A stretch of 63,503 bases of DNA, filler included, from Sphacelaria rigidula (GCA_964200075.2; 10 parts of 10 records of this genome joined end to end with filler, not necessarily neighbours in it); one strand, 5' to 3'; shown: positions 49,635 through 62,835, counted from the first letter of the whole stretch. Translations and numbers: made by a program. The notes: generated by a model not told the origin, from the sequence alone.

Positions 49635-50020
49635 GGGTCTTGCTATTTACGTCAACGTTGACGTAATCTGTTACATCCATCAACGTTCAGCATCCGTCCC
49701 ACAAGCCCCGCATGGACACAGTAACACATGGAAAACACTCACACAATCTCTAGCTATCGTTCAAGCCATCGCACGGAGCAAACGGACTCGTAACGGATGA
49801 GATACATACATGATGCATGGTGGCATGCCACAAGAGTGCTCACTCTGCCACAAGCATGTATCTCATCCGTTACGAGTCCGTTTGCTCCGTGCGATGGCTT
49901 GAACGATAGCTAGAGACTGTGTGAATGTTTTCCATGTGTTGCTGTGTCCATGCGGGGCTTGTGGAACGGGTGCTGAACGTTGACGGATGTAACAGATCGT
50001 TGACGTAAATAGCAACACCC
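49635..50020. mobile_element. Foldback Mutator-type MITE, 386 bp
   Basis: About 170-bp near-perfect inverted arms, GGG...CCC ends, perfect 9-bp TSD TTGTATTTA at 49626-49634 and 50021-50029. Confidence 0.93.
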
Positions 50021-50784
50021 TTGTATTTATATAACGCCAGAAAAATGGTCTCCCTTTTACCTCTCTTTGAATGCGAACAAATTTTCATACGATAAGACAG
50101 TCTACGGACCCTGGACAGGAAAAAATAAAAGGGACAACTAGAACGGACTCTGGATGGTGTAACGTGATGGGGATACACAGAGTAAACTACCCTTCCTGGA
50201 GGCAGACCGGCGGGTACTAGAAATTGTATGTCTGTGGCGAATATTTCAGCGGCATATAGGTCAACAACGGCCCAGCTGTTGGGTCGATACACGCGTCGTT
50301 GGTCGTTATCGTATCGGATGACGTGGATATATCGGTAGAAATGTACGTAAGCTCGTTGAAATTGAGCCTAGATGCCTGAGTTGAGCCAGTGGATTTGAGT
50401 TATGACTTGGATGAAGTTATGTTTTGGGATTGAGCATGATGGGTTCCCCACAACGGAGCCCCCTGTTCGCACTCTCTCATCGCCCCAAGGACCCAACAGT
50501 GAAGCAGAGGACTGATTGAGACTTCGCCAGTGTCTGATAGACTTCAGCTTTACCCTTCTGTGGTGATTAAGCCTCAGGATCAAGGAGGCTGTACGTGAAT
50601 CTCTCCTGAGTGTACTGTACAAATTTTGTTCTGCTCACTTTCTCTAACTGTATCCACGTTGTATCATCTGTTCTATTGTTCCGCAGCTGAGCATACATCC
50701 AACTGTCGAGGCGCCTTCCCCACATGATCGCCGCAAGGCGGTCTAGCCAAGCCCTCGGGTAATCGGCACGCGAACTCGCTCGCG

Positions 50785-50884
50785 NNNNNNNNNNNNNNNN
50801 NNNNNNNNNNNNNNNNNNNNNNNNNNNNTTAATTAATTAANNNNNNNNNNNNNNNNNNNNNNNNNNNNNNNNNNNNNNNNNNNN
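50785..50884. other. Artificial contig linker
   Basis: 44 N + TTAATTAATTAA + 44 N. Confidence 0.99.
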
Positions 50885-52752
50885 ACGCAAGTCTGGAAGC
50901 CTGCCTGACACACTGATGAGCCTTTTTTTTCGTGCAGCCAAATACCCCCCCCCTATCGTAGGATGACTCGAAGTACAAGGAAGTCTGCAGGATGGACTGT
51001 CATCCTGCGATGCTCAAACCTGGAACATGACACATAGCTAAGCCTAGCAAATGGAGGAGGGCGCAACGCTGCGTCGGGACCGAGAATGACTCCTGGACCG
51101 ATCCGTGACACACCCCTCCCTAGCCTTTTAAGCGGTCTTCACGGATCGATGTACCGGCACGACGCACAACGAAAGCGAGAAATACTCTGGATGGATTAAA
51201 ACCCGCAAAGCGGAAAAAAATCATCAACCCGGAAGAAACGAAGTAAGCAAGTGCCCTGACCAAGAGCGGAGAGGACAACACCTCTACATTGGGGAAATAC
51301 GGCGAAAGGGCGAAAGCCCCAACTTCAAGAATATCCAACTTGGGAAAACCTGGCGACGAGACAAAAACCCCTACTCCGAAGAAAACCTAAATCTTGGGTA
51401 AACCCGGCGACGGGACAAACCCCAAATCTGATGCGCCCCATGAGTGGAAGTATCCAATGCACAACAAGTGATGTCGAATGATCTATGATAACCCCTGTAG
51501 ACATTGAAGCGATCCTCGCGGATCGATAGGCCAGTATACCCTAATAAGAAAAAGAATACAAGACAAAATGTCTCGGGGGTGGTTCAAAAACGTGCATGGC
51601 AGGAAAAACCATCACCACAAGACAGGGGAAACCCGGCGGCGGAAAAAAAAACCCCTGACGGAACGTACCCTCTGTATCTAAGGCAGAACAAATTATGTCA
51701 TCATGCGGGGAGATTAACCACCATAAGGCCCCACGGCCTCTGGTGACATGGATGACGCACATCCTTTCTGCATGACGAACCAAAGAACAGTTGCTACGCA
51801 TGCTTGTAAGAAAATAATTCCGTGTTATCTCTCCACATCTCTGCGAACAACAATATCTTTCTGTACAATATCCACAGGGGTAAAGCACGTGCTACAGCTT
51901 CTTCTAATTAGTGTAGTGGCCAGTACACCGCGTTGTGGCTGTGGAAACGCGAGTTCGATTCTCAGATTGGTCACCATGAAACAGATCGAAAGAATGACTG
52001 GTACATACCGAGAATAGTAGCAGGGCTTCTCAGCAGCAGCTGTCTGGATATGTTCCAGATATATTGGTAATTTTCTAGTCGACTAGGCCCCATGTGTCAT
52101 ACTGGTCTTATACTTGGTATATGATGGGTCATGTGCCATTTTTGAAGTCTGAGTGATTCCGGCTTGGTGTCAGCCCTCACGCTTTCAGAGTCTTTGAGAA
52201 TCGATCTCAACCAGCACAGCAGCAACTAGCCTGTTCGCCGATAGGACAAGAACTATCTGCGCCATCTACGGGACTGCTTTTGGGTGGTGTCTCTGGTCTT
52301 TGTCTAAATTAAGCCTGAGTTGTATGCAGGTGATGTTGCTCTGGGCACTTGAGTGACAACATGCAACACGAGTTGACTGCACATGTGAAGGCTGGAAGCT
52401 TAATCGCTGCCGAGCGCGGTGCGCATATTGAGAACTCGGTTCGAATCGTTGGTATTCAAATATGCGTGAGCCCGATAGTGCTCCGGTGCCCACAGACTGA
52501 CAACTCTCACCTCTAGACGCTTACCACCGATTCGCGAAATGATGCCTAGTCCGTAGTTTGCATGCGTGCCTGTGTGCAGTTACCCCCGGCTATGCTCCAC
52601 CAAAATGACAACAAAGCACAATAGAGGGGACGTTATCGCGTGAACGTTTTGAGTCGGCATTGCAATATCATTTCGTTTTATAGAGATGAAACAGTGCGCT
52701 AGTTTACAGCTGTGTGTCACCGATAAACTCCCAAATAGTCAGTACAATGTAT

Positions 52753-52957
52753 GAAGGGCAGGTCGCGTAGAGTATACTCAATTGCGGGGTATTTCAAAAG
52801 ACGTACTTGGGATACTCAGATTAGGGTAGAGTGTTGGGAATCGTACTAAAAATATGACTGGAAAGCGATCCCTAAAACCCTACCACCGATTTGTCTACTT
52901 CAAGTACGGCTTTCAAAATACCCTGCAATTGAGTATTCTCTACTCGACCTGCCCTTG
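52753..52957. mobile_element. About 205-bp MITE, probably hAT-like
   Basis: aagggcaggtcgcgtagagtatactcaattgcggggtattt is inverted to aaataccctgcaattgagtattctctactcgacctgccctt; flanks CAATGTAT / CAATGTAC. Confidence 0.8.
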
Positions 52958-53623
52958 CAATGTACCATGGTATGCTGCCTTCAGCTCTTCGCACTCTTTT
53001 GTTTGATCGTCCAAATACGATACGGTACGTCGATCATAAAAAATGAGCATGGGCTAGGTGGGTAGGCCGTTTTTTCCCCGTCGGTGCCCTGCGTTCCTCC
53101 GTGTTCCCGCTCGTTACATTATGTTATAATCATGCTCAAACAGAGCACCGCCAACGGCTTCATTCACCGGTGGTCATAAACACTTGCTTTCTTCAAAACT
53201 TAGCTTCACGCATTATGGTGGAGAGAATTAGCCCTTCAGCTTTCGAAGCACAAGTGACCTAGCCGACATTGACTTTGATTCCGATGGCTATTTATGGTCG
53301 TGTCCTGGAGCGAACCCCCATTCAATCGAACGCGCTGCAATTTTCTATCTCGGCGGGTACGTCATTTCCCGTACAATCGAAAGCGCTACAATTTTTCATC
53401 TCGGCGGATGCATCATTTTACTTCGGGCTGCACGACGGAGACAACCGCACTTCAGGGCTTTTCGGGCTGCCGTTACACATAGCCGTTGTGCAATTCCCAT
53501 ATCGTTGTAGTATTTTCCCCGCGCGGCTGCGTGTTGTTCGTGCTGCCGTGCCGCTGTTGTGCTGTTGTTATTACTGTAGTGTGCTGCTGCTGCTCGCCAC
53601 GCTGGTGTGCCGTCACTATCTCT

Positions 53624-53626
<3 letters not shown>

Positions 53627-53681
<55 letters not shown>
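53627..53681. repeat. (TTG)n microsatellite within a CTG/TTG-rich tract
   Basis: About 18 pure TTG units. Confidence 0.95.
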
Positions 53682-54479
53682 AATGCTACTACTGCCGCTG
53701 CATGCTGCTGCTGACCTTATTGTTTGCTGTTGCTGCTGTTATTGCTGTTCACTGCTGCTGTTATTGCTGCTACCGTTTCTTCTATACTGACCACTGCCCA
53801 GTGAGATCATTTCTTGTGTGTTACCGTGTTTTCGCGGTAACCCTTCCAAAAACAAAACGCCATGCATGCCTCAGCATTGTGTTCCCGGCATTTTGATGAG
53901 GTTATTTGCATGCTACCATGGGTAAGTGTTTATGAAACACCAACAGTCTCTGACCTCTGCCGATCATTATACACACCCACTAATCAACGTCTCCTTCCCA
54001 TTCTTCCCCATTCCGTCGTGCCCTTCTTCCGATCCCTCTTTTTCCGATCCCCGTTGCCTTTTCTTCCTACCGTCCTTATTGTCACATGTTATATTGGGGC
54101 AATCAAATCACCATAATCGTGATGGTACATCTTGTTTCCGGGGTAGCACTTGTACGGTGACCTTTGGGATTCGTGAAATGCACGTGCGGTATGGTTTACT
54201 GTCTACTCGTGTCCCACTACCGGTGTTTCATGCTGCACTAGCTGGTAGGTACGGTACGTCCAAGACACTGAACGATGTCCAACAAGACCGTGGATCGCCG
54301 TGATGTACAAGGGGTGATGACAGCCGGCGCTCCGCATCTAGGTTTTCCTCAGCACGCCTGAGTCGCTCCGGTTCTCGCGATTCTCGTTCTCGCTTTCGTT
54401 TTCGCAACTTCCGCTCTACATCCAGGGACTCCCGTCGGCCCCGTCGCTCCGGATCTCGCTCTCGCTCCACATTTCCTCG

Positions 54480-57100
54480 CTGCACGCCGTCCCGGGTGAA
54501 ATACCGCTCTACTACCATTTCCCGAGACAGCCGTGACAGTCAGTCTCGCCGGGCTGGGCAAGGACCCGACGGAGAAAACAAGAACCGAGACGACGGGGTT
54601 GACGAAACTGAAGCCAACCAATGGGCTAGAGTGAACGAGCGGGTGCGGAAGCGCATTGCCTGGATCTCGGCGACACCAGTGTACAAAGGAATCTTCTCAG
54701 GTGAGCTCACCGTAGCCAACAGTGCTATGCTCCTTCAGGAGAAGGTCTGGAGCACGCTCCGTCATGTCTCACGGGGAACGCTCAAGCTCCCCGAGGACAA
54801 ACTGGTTGGAGGTAGGGGGGTTATAAAGGTGATACGTACTCGCCCCGCCGCCGCGATCTACTGCTGGACTTGCTGGCTGGCGGTGGCACTACCGCCACGG
54901 TGCTACTTTTACGCACTATAGCCATGGTGTGTCGTATCATCGGCGGAACCGACTTCGTCCGTCACGATCAGATCACTGCCGCCGACTGGCTGCGCCTGTT
55001 AGTCCGTGAACAAGCTCTATCGAGTGCATCCGCTGGAAACGCACGTGACACTTTAGCCTCGATCACCCTGATAAAAGGTGAATCCTGGCAATCCGCTGCC
55101 GAACGAGTTTTGTTGAGATTCAAAGCCACCCTAGCTAACGCAAGCCGCCCACATTCCACCGAAATCGATTTTTTCTAGCACTTTATCACGAAGGAGCAAC
55201 TTGATGAACTAGACGCAAACGTAGTCCGACCTGTTCTGCCTGATGAGACTCGCAGGGATGGGATGCAGCCCTACTCCACGAGAAGATGAGTGTGGCCGAG
55301 ACCAAGCCCGCTTTTATGCGAAAGGAACGACACAATCCGAAGGGGGGAACCATGCGGCGCCGCGGTGATATAGCCCGCGACCTGTATTAAAAATTCATCA
55401 AAGCGCTCAACGTTCGTAACTCAGAACATGACAGGAAACCGACGCAAAAAAATCGATCCTTACCGTATAACCGGATCGTCGTTTTTTGCTGAACGACATT
55501 CGGCAACTATCACCTACGCAACTCGCCGCGCTCCTTGGCGAAAGTGAAGGTTTGATGCCCCTCGCTGCCGCAGCCCCTGCGTCCTCCCCCAGGATTCTAC
55601 CGCAGATGAAATACGTCCAACGGCAGTCGTTCGAATACGTGCAGCAGCAACCACTGGCCCTGGCCGTGGCATTCAACAACACACCAGAACGACCCCTGGA
55701 CAGCACGGCGTTCCGTTGGTGGAACAGAAGCGTCTGTCGGCCAGAGATGTGCAGTCTAGAGCTTGGAAAGCAGCCGCGAGAGCAGCTCCTCCTGCTTCTT
55801 CCGCTACACCTGCCCCGGCTCACAGTTCGTCGTCAGCTGTGTAATGCGTGAGAGGACCGCGTGCTTAGAGAGCCGCATCGGAATTGAAACACCCTGATGG
55901 TGAGGGATAGGGTTAGTGTTAGTGTTGAGGTTGGGGTCAGGGGCGTGGTCCCTGCAGGGACTGGCCCGATTGGTTTTGACAAACGTCGATCCTGAGGTGT
56001 TTTAAACTACGATGCGGTCCTCCAAGCACGCGGTCCTCTCACGCATCACAGACTGAAAGCACTAGCGAGCAGCAGTTCGCCCCCTCCCCAAGGGGAACCG
56101 CGAGGAGATAATCGACTACCCCCGCAGGAACAAGATCCGTTTCGGACACGCTTTCACTGGCGTCTGCCGCCAACGTGATGGCACTCGCTGTCCTTTTACG
56201 CATGGCATCATCGCGCCAGCCTCCTATAGCAAAGTCCAGGCTCGCCGTAGAGTCGCTATTCCCCCAAAGCGGCTTGCGGCCCTCACGGAAGCCCAATATT
56301 TAGCCGCGATCAATATGCGACTGATACACGAGGGTAGCAATGCTGAAAGGCAGGGAGAGGCGGACGATCACGAGGCATCGTCCTCTGATGACAACCACGA
56401 CAAATGAGGGGACGCCCCAGATATTTATAAACCTGGGGAACCTGCGAGCGAAAGAGGTGACAACCATTGAGCGCCGGCTCGGAGACCAACTGTGGTTGGC
56501 GGGAGAGATCTGGCACCGGAACTGCACCCGAAGGTCGTAGCCACTTGAGGTACTGTTGGACACCGAGGCAGGTGGGGGCAATTGCATGTCTAGTTTTTTG
56601 TGGCGTTACCTCATCAAAGCAGAAGTTATACATGCCAAGCTCGACAAAAACAACGCCGGCGCCCGTCGCGCAGCCAGCCCTTCGCAGAGTGGTGTACCCC
56701 CGATGTGTATAGTTGGATCAGCCGTGATACCAGCTTTATTCACGAATGATGATCGTGTTCGTAGAGTAGTAGTCAGGGTGGTAGAGGATCTACCTCACGG
56801 GCTCATTTTGGGGGCCGAAATGTTCGGCTAAATCGCAGTAGTCTCGGTTTCAACGCAAGTCGAGTTTTTTTTCCCACTCGGTATGCGCCGTGGATTCCGT
56901 TAATAACTAATGATAGTCCCCGACATGCCACCAAAAGTATACTCTCTGCCTTGGCCTCGCTCAAAACCGCCCCCTGGCTAGCTACGACTTCCCCATTGCC
57001 CTGTAGGTTGCCCAGTTACAGTGAAGTCGCCTGGGAAGACGACGGCACGAGGGAGTGGAACGTGAGGCTTAATCGAATATACTCACGCTCAATGATTGAT
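54480..57100 (+). mobile_element. Degenerate LTR retrotransposon gag-protease region, probably Ty3/Gypsy
   Basis: Gag-like LASITLIKGESWQSAAERVLLRF; retropepsin-like EVLLDTEAGGGN...VRVVEDLPHGLILG at 56547-56815; many stops and frameshifts. Confidence 0.72.
55840..56050. mobile_element. About 210-bp MITE with about 53-bp TIRs and telomere-like core, inserted in the gag-protease relic
   Basis: tgtaatgcgtgagaggaccgcgtgctt is inverted to aagcacgcggtcctctcacgcatcaca; core agggatagggttagtgttagtgttgaggttggggtcagggg. Confidence 0.85.
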
Positions 57101-57144
57101 ACATGTAAGCAGGCCTGGATGCGAGGGAAATGGATTTTGTGATT

Positions 57145-57244
57145 NNNNNNNNNNNNNNNNNNNNNNNNNNNNNNNNNNNNNNNNNNNNTTAATTAATTAA
57201 NNNNNNNNNNNNNNNNNNNNNNNNNNNNNNNNNNNNNNNNNNNN
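57145..57244. other. Artificial contig linker
   Basis: 44 N + TTAATTAATTAA + 44 N. Confidence 0.99.
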
Positions 57245-57788
57245 CAATCTTATCATCTACTCTCAATCTCACGAAAACACTGTTCTCTCCCGATCGTTCC
57301 TCTGAACAACTGAACGGTGTTCTTTTCTCTGAAAGCCCACCTATTCATAGCGCTAAAGCGAAAAACTGCGTATTCTCACCAACGAGAGTAGATGAAACCC
57401 TCTTGGTAAACGACGTCTTACCCCGTATCTCCATGACAACACAAACTCAGGGGTTGTGTCCTCAGCACTACCTATTTAGTTTCTCAATGTCTATCGGCTC
57501 TAGCAATTTCGTGTGCCAAGGCCAACTTTTATGGGCTTTGGGGGGGGGGAACTCTTGGAAACAACCTTTTGGACCCGTCCCGTTCGTTTTACGCTCAAGG
57601 AGAGAGCTAGGGCTCTACTCATTGAGACCGTTCCAGGGCGACTTTGCGTTTCCCGCTGGCCAAGGGGGCGTACCTCAACGTGCGTCATGGAGTACCTTAA
57701 TCGCAACCGATGAATACCAAACTTTGGTAGATTACTATCAAGGGTTTCAATGGGTTGAAAAAAAAGGGGGGAAAGTAGTCTTCGTCGG

Positions 57789-58080
57789 GTACGGCGTTGC
57801 CAAACACCGATTTGATAACGATTTTGTTTCCGAAAACGAAGGCATGGGCGACTTTCATCCCCACATGAATTTTTTCTCCTCTATTTTTCTTCAAAACGGA
57901 CCGCAATAGTGTCATCAACATTTGTACCAATTTCGTAGAGTACGGCGTTGCCAAACGCCGATTTGATGGCGATTTTGTTTCCGAAAACCAAGATATTTGT
58001 TTTTAATCCCCACATGATTTTATTCTCCTCTTATTTTTCTTCAAAACGGACCGCAATAGTCTCATCAACATTTGTACCAA
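57789..58080. repeat. Tandem duplication, about 150-bp unit, 2 copies
   Basis: gtacggcgttgccaaac.ccgatttgat..cgattttgtttccgaaaac...tcttcaaaacggaccgcaatagt.tcatcaacatttgtaccaa occurs twice. Confidence 0.9.
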
Positions 58081-59962
58081 AGGAGAGAAGGCCTGAGACG
58101 TCTGAGGTCGCGAGAAATTAACTGCTGCGTGAAGTGTACCGTAATTGAAACAGAGGGTTTTTTGGCCGCATTTTTCATCAACAGGGCCATACTCCACATC
58201 AACTCCTGCAACTTGGTTTGATTTTTCTCCAATTTTGAAAAGCTTGGGTGATGGAGGATTAAATTGTTTCACTCCGGATACTCTGGGTACGTGTCGTGGT
58301 TCCCACGAACCAGAGTTTTTCCCGTCACGTGCCTTGAGCGTACCTCAATTGGGACATTCTCCTCTATGAAGAGTTCAATACATTTACTGGGGAGATAGCT
58401 ATGACGCGCGCGTGCGTCTTGTGGTCGTCTCTCACAGGGCATGGTGATGTACGAAAGTCCAGTCGTGACACAAGAGCGAACCCACTTCGCACAGAAAAAG
58501 ATACATCAGGGGGCGAAGGGTGTGATGGAGCTATCCACCACGGCTCGCTCGCAAGCGGCATGTAACCGTCCGTATGCACGTCGACGATTTCAAGTGCGCA
58601 GAGCCTAATAGGAAACAAAGATACAGATAATTTCTCTACAATTAATTTCAGTGAATCCCGAGATCAAGGCCACTTTTGTTTTTTCTACAATACGAAAAAA
58701 GTAACTTGACCGGAGAAAAAACAACAGAACTTGAAAGCTTGCTCGTTGCTGCAAGCGACTCAACTCTACACCAAGATTCAATTTGTTGTATCACGTCCCT
58801 CCCCCTCAAACAATCTGGTACCCCTGACTTGAGGTTTGAAGCGATCCGGGGTTGGGCCGGAATGTGCTCGCAAGGTATCCTGAGATGCAAGTTCGTAGCA
58901 CCCCGCGTAGTTCACAGACACCCATCCCGTCCCCACTGAGGATCCTAAAACATCTCAACCAAGATATGAACTATTACATGGACGGGGGGCAGGCAACAGC
59001 TACCCTACGTCCACGGAGGGAAGACTCAACCGATACGACAAAAAAAAATCCATGGGTCAATCTTCCCATTCAACCCTTCCCCCCCCCCCTTAGAAAACAC
59101 ACACACCCACATCACAACACACACATAAAAGTCTTGTCATCCTCATTCCGACGTTCTTCTTTCTCCTTTTTCTGTTTTTACTTTGAATGCATCCAACACC
59201 ACCCAACCTTTCCCCCCCTCATTTGTCCTTTTTCCTTCTCATCCCGAGACCGTCAATCAACATTCCGCGTGTCCATTGCTGTTTTTTGTTTCCCTTCCTT
59301 TTTCCACGGTTTGCAAAGAATACAACAGTACCTGTTGATAGAACTCCACTCGTCCCTTGCCCACAGATACCTTACTCGCACCATGTGTATCATCCCCCGC
59401 GGTGCACTAGAAATAAACCTCGAGATCGCCCGGCGGACGGTACGACACGTAAACCGCACTTGACACAAAATAACCACCCAACCTGATCACCTTTGAATAA
59501 TTTACTTTCTCGGGAAACATGCTTTGAGTTCGCGTATCCCACATGTACGTAAATGTAGAGCCCAACCTCATCCTCTTTTTCCCTTTTCCGGATGACGTTT
59601 TTCATTCAACATTCCCCCATCAGATAGATGTAACCCGCCCTGTGGGCTTTTCCCCCCCACCAACAAATTCTAGGCGGTCGCCCTGGTTAGCGTGTAACTG
59701 TTCACACAAGAAACCTTGACCCATTTTCCCTCTCTCTTGATTCGGCAGACTGCCGGCGATGCCTCAGCTTCGTGGCACAACCCCGGCAGCCACCGTGTAC
59801 ATGTACCGATGTCTGTTGTCAACTCTCAGCACCAACACTGCCTGGTATCAGCGTTGGAGAACCGGACACCTTCTGCTAACCCATTGAGCAGGCATCACCA
59901 TCCAAACAAGCTTCGCACCCTTTCTTATCCTTGCAACCCTCTATTCCAACACCCTATCGGGT

Positions 59963-59999
<37 letters not shown>

Positions 60000-60571
60000 C
60001 CACGCGCACCCCCCCCCCCCCCGCGCCTCTCCCCCCCCTATCGTCTGACATNNNNNNNNNNAACCCCCTATCGGGCCCCCCCCCCCCCCCCCTCGTCCCC
60101 TCTCGCCCCCCTCTCGTGAGTAGAATTGACCGACCCGCTGAAATGTTCAGCACTTTAATTGGAGGATATACGCGGATCTGTCACCACTTGGGAACAATAA
60201 AGGGAACAATAACCACGTTGCATGAGCACAGAAGTCTACTGTCACGAACTGTTGTAGGTCTCGTTCGTCTTCTCGCCTCGTATCGATATTCCGAGGGACG
60301 CTTCTGCGCAACTTGCAAGACAAAACCAAATATTTGAGCCCGAGGAGGCAAAGTCCAACCACGAAAGACGATAGCGCCATAGAAAAAAAAGGCAGCGCTA
60401 AAACGCCCTTCATCATTTTCCACACCGCGCGAACACATCTAGTATCAAATACGAGTATTCGCATCGTTCCAAACCCGCGTTCGCACTCTCCATGGACACG
60501 GTGTAAGCTCTCAAGCACAAGATTTCGCGAGCTTCGTCGAAACCCTCCTCGCTGTGAATCGTGGCATATCT

Positions 60572-61651
60572 TCAAGCGCATGGCTTATCGCCACCGGGGG
60601 TCGCCTGGGAGCCGCGCCCCACACGCCCGCCGTTGCCGCGCACACTACCCCTGCGGCCGCCGCCTCCACGGGCATACCCATCACCGCACGCAGAAACATC
60701 CCTACGCCGTCCTTGACGCTCGCCGCCCTTGTGCATGCCCTGGTTGAACGCGTGCCTCGAGTGGTCGGGGCGGTGCATCATTCCCCATCCTGCATGACCA
60801 TCCCCAAGCCCGTGGCACACCACGACCTGCGGCTGTTGCTGAGGAGGCGGGGGCGGGGAGGTTCCCGCACCCCCCGCTGAACCATCACCAAAAACGCGGG
60901 CGCCAGGTACCTCCACGCCGTGCATGCGGCCGCGGCGGCAGCGCCCATCCCCGCGCTTTTCGGGAATTCCTGCACCACCGGGGCCGTGAAGTTTGTATAT
61001 TTTTCCGCGGCCATGTCTCGAGGTCAGCACAGCGGCGAGGGCCGCCCGGTCCACGAGTCCTAGCCTGACCAGGCGCATGGGCCTGACTCCGAGGGCGTGG
61101 AGCAAAGGGCGTGTTTCACGCGGGCGGATTTTAATTCCGCCCGCGACCAGGGCGGCGTAGATGGGCATGCGAGCGGCAAGGTTTGGCTTCACGATACAGG
61201 CGCTACCGATGTCCGGCTTCCCCTTGTTGTCTTTTGCCGACACCTCCTTTCGTGCACACTCCGCCCCGACAACGTCCTTCGCCGCCGCTTCTCCGTCTTG
61301 GTGCTTGTCCTCCGCTTCGGCAGCATCGCCGTCAACATTCAGCATCTCCCACTCCACGGCCACCGCATCAATGACCTCTTTGTTCACAGCTTCCGTGGCG
61401 ATCGGCGGGGTGGAACTCCCCGCCTTGGCGCCCTTCTCACGCTTCTGTTTCTCGACATCCTTGACCACTCGCAGCAAAGGCCGGGGCGCAAGGCCCTGGC
61501 GCACGAGGCGGCGAGGACGTAGCTTCAAGAGGGACAAGACTTCCTCGAGTTTTTTCGCGTTGATCGATGTAATGCCATGGACCTCGTGTAGGCGGCGGGC
61601 CGCTACTTGGTAAATCTTGTCAGGATCGTTGTTGGTTTTTTTCTGGCCGAC
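60572..61651 (-). CDS. Unidentified GC-rich reading frame or exon, possibly frameshifted near 61015
   Basis: Open from a TTTAG acceptor at 61651 to the stop at 60572; the first about 210 codons look protein-like, with an internal repeat; the remainder is ambiguous between frames. Confidence 0.45.
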   Translation of the reverse strand, partial: VGQKKTNNDPDKIYQVAARRLHEVHGITSINAKKLEEVLSLLKLRPRRLVRQGLAPRPLLRVVKDVEKQKREKGAKAGSSTPPIATEAVNKEVIDAVAVEWEMLNVDGDAAEAEDKHQDGEAAAKDVVGAECARKEVSAKDNKGKPDIGSACIVKPNLAARMPIYAALVAGGIKIRPRETRPLLHALGVRPMRLVRLGLVDRAALAAVLTSRHGRGKIYKLHGPGGAGIPEKRGDGRCRRGRMHGVEVPGARVFGDGSAGGAGTSPPPPPQQQPQVVVCHGLGDGHAGWGMMHRPDHSRHAFNQGMHKGGERQGRRRDVSACGDGYARGGGGRRGSVRGNGGRVGRGSQATPGGDKPCA

Positions 61652-62328
61652 CTAAAGTTTACCGTGGGACGGAGAAGGAAACGGCGGAACATGTGAAGCG
61701 TATGTGTTCGGTAAGTGGAGAAGCTGGGAAGGGGAGGGCGGGGGGTGGGCGCGGAGGAGCAGTGACAGAGGTGGCGGGTAGAAGACGAAAAAGTGAGGCG
61801 CTTTGATAATGGCCAGTATTCAGAGCAATGGGTAGAACGCAGCTATACGCAACATCCTGTGCTGTGCTCAATGTCGTGGACACGGGCGACGAAAAGACAT
61901 GGGGGTGCGAAGAGATTGAGGGGGGGGAAACAGCTGACCGTGAAACACTGTTTTTCGGCTTGAGTGCGATGAGTAGGAAAAATTGCAAAAACAAATGCAA
62001 GCCTCTTCATTTCGTCCCCACTACGATCGGGATAGGCTCCATCGACTGAAAACACCCAAGAGTCAGAATCTGAAGCTGAAAAATTGGCAGGCCTCCCGAT
62101 GATCGATCAGCCCGTGCATCAATCAATAATTGACTGCAGATGCTTTTTTTGTTGGAATGTGGAGCGGATACTACTGTAGTATCTTTAAATGAGCGGTGGA
62201 AAGCGAAATAAGCCGAGAATATCGCCAGTTACGAAGAAATTACTATATAAATACCCTACTTTGAATTTGAGGCGCTGTAGTGTGTGTGGCGAGGTTATTT
62301 TTGACTGCAGCTCGCTACTGTATTTTTT

Positions 62329-62688
62329 CGTGTGTGTTTTCATCCCATCTACTCTGCATGCCGGTCTACAACTTCCGGTTTATGTGGGTGCACCAACCGG
62401 GATCACATAGCAGGAAAGTCAACACAGGAGTTCTTTTTTTCTTGTTTGTTTCCAAGTCTCCACCTTGCTTTTGCGGTGCTTCGCCTTTTTTTTTTCTATC
62501 GCGCGAGAAGTTCCGCGGTTTCTTCTCTTTGTCGACCATCCAGTCGTTTCTGTGTACCCACGACATGGCCGCTTTCCTCTCTTGGGGCATTGTGCGAGAA
62601 ACATCCCAGGTCGCCCCGAGATTCGAACCCACAACCCAATATACAATCATCAGAAGGTTTCAAGGTTACCAACTGAGTCACCGGGGCG
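62329..62688 (-). mobile_element. Full-length SINE family A
   Basis: A box TGACTCAGTTGG, B box GGTTCGAATC; collinear with other copies. Confidence 0.88.
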
Positions 62689-62835
62689 CTGCTGCAGCGG
62701 GATGCTCTCCACCAGAGAAGTCGTGTTTTCATGTGGCTGCTCGGGTTCGATTGTTCGAGCGCATGCCTGACCAAGAGGGCTGATGCGATTCTTTTTTCTC
62801 CTGACTGACTTTCCGCCCTCGCGATGCGCAACCCG

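Noticed and set aside
50905..50935. Canonical hammerhead at CTGATGAG (also 18975, 44083, 55240)
   Set aside because: No stem II followed by GAAA and no pairing stems.
51095..51120. PPT plus LTR start on the minus strand (GGGAGGGG-TGTGTCACGG)
   Set aside because: No second LTR or pol remnant is visible to confirm it.
59964..60115. Proline-rich ORFs in the poly-C region
   Set aside because: Homopolymer runs around an internal N gap; low-quality sequence.
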